A stretch of 61,931 bases of DNA, counting the filler, from Choristocarpus tenellus KU-1152 (lineage: Eukaryota; Protista; Phaeophyceae): NCBI GenBank assembly GCA_964200185.2. It is 14 parts of 14 records of this genome, joined end to end, with 100 filler letters (N's around TTAATTAATTAA, not from the genome) between each part and the next. Parts side by side here need not be neighbours in the genome. Positions count along the whole stretch, not along the records: positions 58,548 to 61,931 come from CAXNAD020020404.1; 13 more parts are not named here. One strand, written 5' to 3'. Positions 59,084 through 61,931 of this stretch are shown piece by piece. A program made the position numbers and the translations under genes. Every line of letters begins with the position of its first letter. Position 1 is the first letter of the stretch. The notes below the pieces were generated by a model that saw only the letters and a program-made list of their open reading frames with translations, searched no databases and was not told the DNA's origin.

Positions 59084-61484
59084 GCATATGGATGACCTCC
59101 GGAGGTACCGAGCTCATCAGGCCGACAAGTTAGAAATGGAGGAGGGAGCAGCTGGCCTGGACATGGAAGATGATGTGCATTTGTGTGGTGCAACTGGGGG
59201 AAGCTTTGGAACTGACAATGCTGCCGGGGGAAGAGGTCGAACTGCAAGCCAGTGTAATACGCTTGAGATCAATTGTGAGATTATGGCAGGTGGTGGGAGC
59301 AAGGGCTGGAAGCAGGGAAGGGGAAGTTTAAGCGAGAGTCTGGATGACTTGGGAGAGGAGACTGAAGAATATGCGGGCGTACATAGTGTGAGCGACTCCC
59401 AGCGATCGTGGAGCCTGGGAAGTGCCAGCAGCAGTGGTTCAGTGCTGCGTGTTGATGTGGATAAGAGAGGGGGGGACAGCAGGAAAAAGAGCTGGGGGCA
59501 TGTTGATTTGGATGGGAATTGTCGAGATGATGAAGGCGTGGGTGCTGGAAATAAAGCAGGCAATGTGCCGCCCTCCTGTGGAGCTCATGGATATCGGAAA
59601 TCATGGAGCATGGGAAGTGCTAGCAGCACTGGATCCGTGGTGCGCACTGGGACTGGTGTTCAAGAAAATATTCAGTTAAAGAACTGGGTGCATGATGTTT
59701 TTGACACAGACAGGACTTCACGTGAGGAAGGAAAGGGGGCAGTAGGAGGATCTGGGATGTTGTCTAACCGTGGGGACCATAGACATAGGCAGTTGTGGAG
59801 TATGGGGAGTGCCAGCAGCACTGGCTCAGTGGTACGCACTGGACCCAAGGGGGGAGGATGTAGTTTTGAGGGCAAGAGCTGCAGACAAGGCATTCAGGAT
59901 GTGATAGGTAGCAGGTGTGGGCCTGACATGCCAGCATTTCGTGCTGCATATGGCCATCGGCAATCTTTCAGCATGGGGAGTGGGAGCAGTGCTGGTTCTG
60001 TGGTGCGTACTGGGGCTGTTGGAGGGCAATCGATGAAGCCTGGTTGTAAATATGGTCATGTCCGCAGCAGTAGCTCATCGGGCAGCATGGTGCCAGTTAC
60101 TGCCATCAACACTTTGTGGGCAGATCACTCGAGTGAGGAGAGTTTTGTACCTGCTGGGGGGGTGGCAGTTTGTGGAAGAAGTGACCAAGGAGGTAGTTGT
60201 GATAGAGGTTACTGTGAAAATGATGACAGAAAAGGTGATGCTGGAGGGGTCTACTCTTCGAGCCACATATGGGAGGTTTCGAGTTCTGACCAGACCATGA
60301 AGAGGAGCCCCTCCTCAACAAGCAATTGTCAAACATCGTTGTCTCAGTCGCAGCCCTTGTCTGAGGTCAAGTCCTCGAGGGAAGGGACCCTGGCAACAGG
60401 GACTGGGTCCAAAGGTAGGATCTTTTCAGGTTGTGCTGCTGACCTCCCTAAGATCTCTTCGCTGTCACCAGGTGCAGAGAACGCCTCAACAGCTGAGCCG
60501 AGAGGAACACCCACAAATAGTAGTGGTAAGAGCGCAGCAAGGGCTTTGTCCAACAACCTGATGCGTGCTGCAATGTACTTTGGTAGTGGTGAGGGTAGTG
60601 GGGGTGTGAGCTTGGGCTGCCTAGGCAATTGCATCTCCGGTGGTGGTGTGGTGGCAGACCTTGGCAGGTTGGGTGTTGGAGGTGGTGGGATAGGTACAGG
60701 CCGTGAGATCTCTACAGGAACCCCCTCCAGTAATATCCTGGAGGGTAAGGAGTTTTCCTCTGTGGAGGCCAGTAATGTTTGGCACAACCAGTTGCCTGCA
60801 CAGCCTGTAGAAGGACAGGACTCATCAGCTGGGACAGGGGTAGAGATGGTGACAAGTCCAAGTTGGGATTCTGAAAAAGGTGAAACAAGCAAGTCCATAC
60901 CAGTGTCACATTTGCCATTGGAACATCAAGTGATACCAGGAGTTGTGCCTGATGACCAAACACATATAGAAGACGAGAGCAGCACTGCCTTCGTAGGAGG
61001 GATAGAGAGGAGTAACGGTGAGGGAGGAGAGGGAAGGAGAGAGCGTTCTTCCTTGCCAGAAGCCCTTGCTGAATTACATGGGAAGAAAGTTTGGAAGGTG
61101 AGGGCAGAAGCACTGGCAACGCCATCCACTAGAGGCTCTATCAGCACTGTGGCCCCTTCACCAAGAACGAGACAAAAGGAGAAGGAGAGTGCTCATGATA
61201 GGCTGGGGGTGGAGTATGGAGAATGGGCAGAGGTTAGGATGAGCCTCCCAGAGGAGTACCAAAAAATAGACGAGGAATTTGAGGCAGGGGTGGAACAGCT
61301 CAGGGAACAACGTCGTCAGAGGCGTCAGGAGGCTGAAGCCAGGCACAGACAGAGGAAGGCTAGGTCAGGAGCAGGAAGGGAAAAGCAACCAGGGGTTGAA
61401 GTTGTAGCACAGGAATTGACGGGGGGGGGGGCATGTGAGGATGCGCCTGGTTTGCCTGGGCCATCGTTAGTTGCTGTGTTATGA
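59084..61484 (+). CDS. Large exon of an unknown Ser/Gly-rich disordered protein with a C-terminal coiled coil
   Basis: 798-codon open frame after a pyrimidine-rich AAG acceptor (59083); repeated SWSMGSASSTGSVVR motif; EEYQKIDEEFEAGVEQLREQRRQRR helix. The true 3' exon boundary is unknown. Confidence 0.75.
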
Positions 61485-61931
61485 GATTGCAATGCTGTAC
61501 TGGCTTTTGTCTACTGGCAAGAAAGGCATTGGGGAGTTGTGTCACCTGGCAGGCATTTGATATCTTTACCGGAAGGCAGGCGGCTTCTCCACCTGTTTGT
61601 ATACAGTGTTTGACCATGGAGGGTGACTGAGAGTGATACAACAGGTCAGTATCCTCTTTTGAGATGTTTTTGGGGGTGGTTCTATGTAACCTTACCAGAG
61701 GTTTATTTTTGTTGAGTATATATTGGAGGTGCATGCATTCAAGCCCCCTTTTTTTTAAAGAGTATTGATAGTATGATTACTCATGTGAAGACTGGAGCGG
61801 TATACATCCGTTATTTGTATTTTTTCAGTGTATGAGTGATTTGAACATCTTCACATGTAGAATACATCTCTTTCCCAAAAAGAGGGGGACTGGGATAGAG
61901 AGGAAGTGGAGTGGAGTGGAGTGGAGGGGGG

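Overview
Eukaryotic nuclear DNA, not prokaryotic. The window is 14 short contigs joined by 13 artificial 100-bp spacers (44 N + TTAATTAATTAA + 44 N), so gene order across spacers means nothing. GT-AG introns, C-rich acceptors, abundant (CCCTAA/TTAGGG)n and the protein families suggest a stramenopile, possibly a brown alga or relative (inference). Spliced host genes I could reconstruct by hand: a complete 5-exon aspartylglucosaminidase, the first 4 exons of Rab geranylgeranyltransferase beta, 3 exons of a GONST/VRG4-type nucleotide-sugar transporter, 3 exons of a CNNM/DUF21 protein, 2 exons of a cellular RNA-dependent RNA polymerase, the last exon of a DUF3054 protein and several unknown exons. 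Much of the rest is transposon debris: two Ty1/copia families with half-tRNA primer sites, solo LTRs, decayed mariner/Tc1 elements, a Stowaway-like MITE and many copies of two related MITE families with 4-bp TSDs (Sola2-like). The best candidate for something new is an intron-containing gene at 53916-55135 (-) that aligns by eye to bacterial beta-class N6A/N4C DNA methyltransferases, with a degenerate SAM-binding motif and an in-frame stop. Repeat copies also show a strong CpG-decay signature. All family assignments come from motif recognition; no database search was run.
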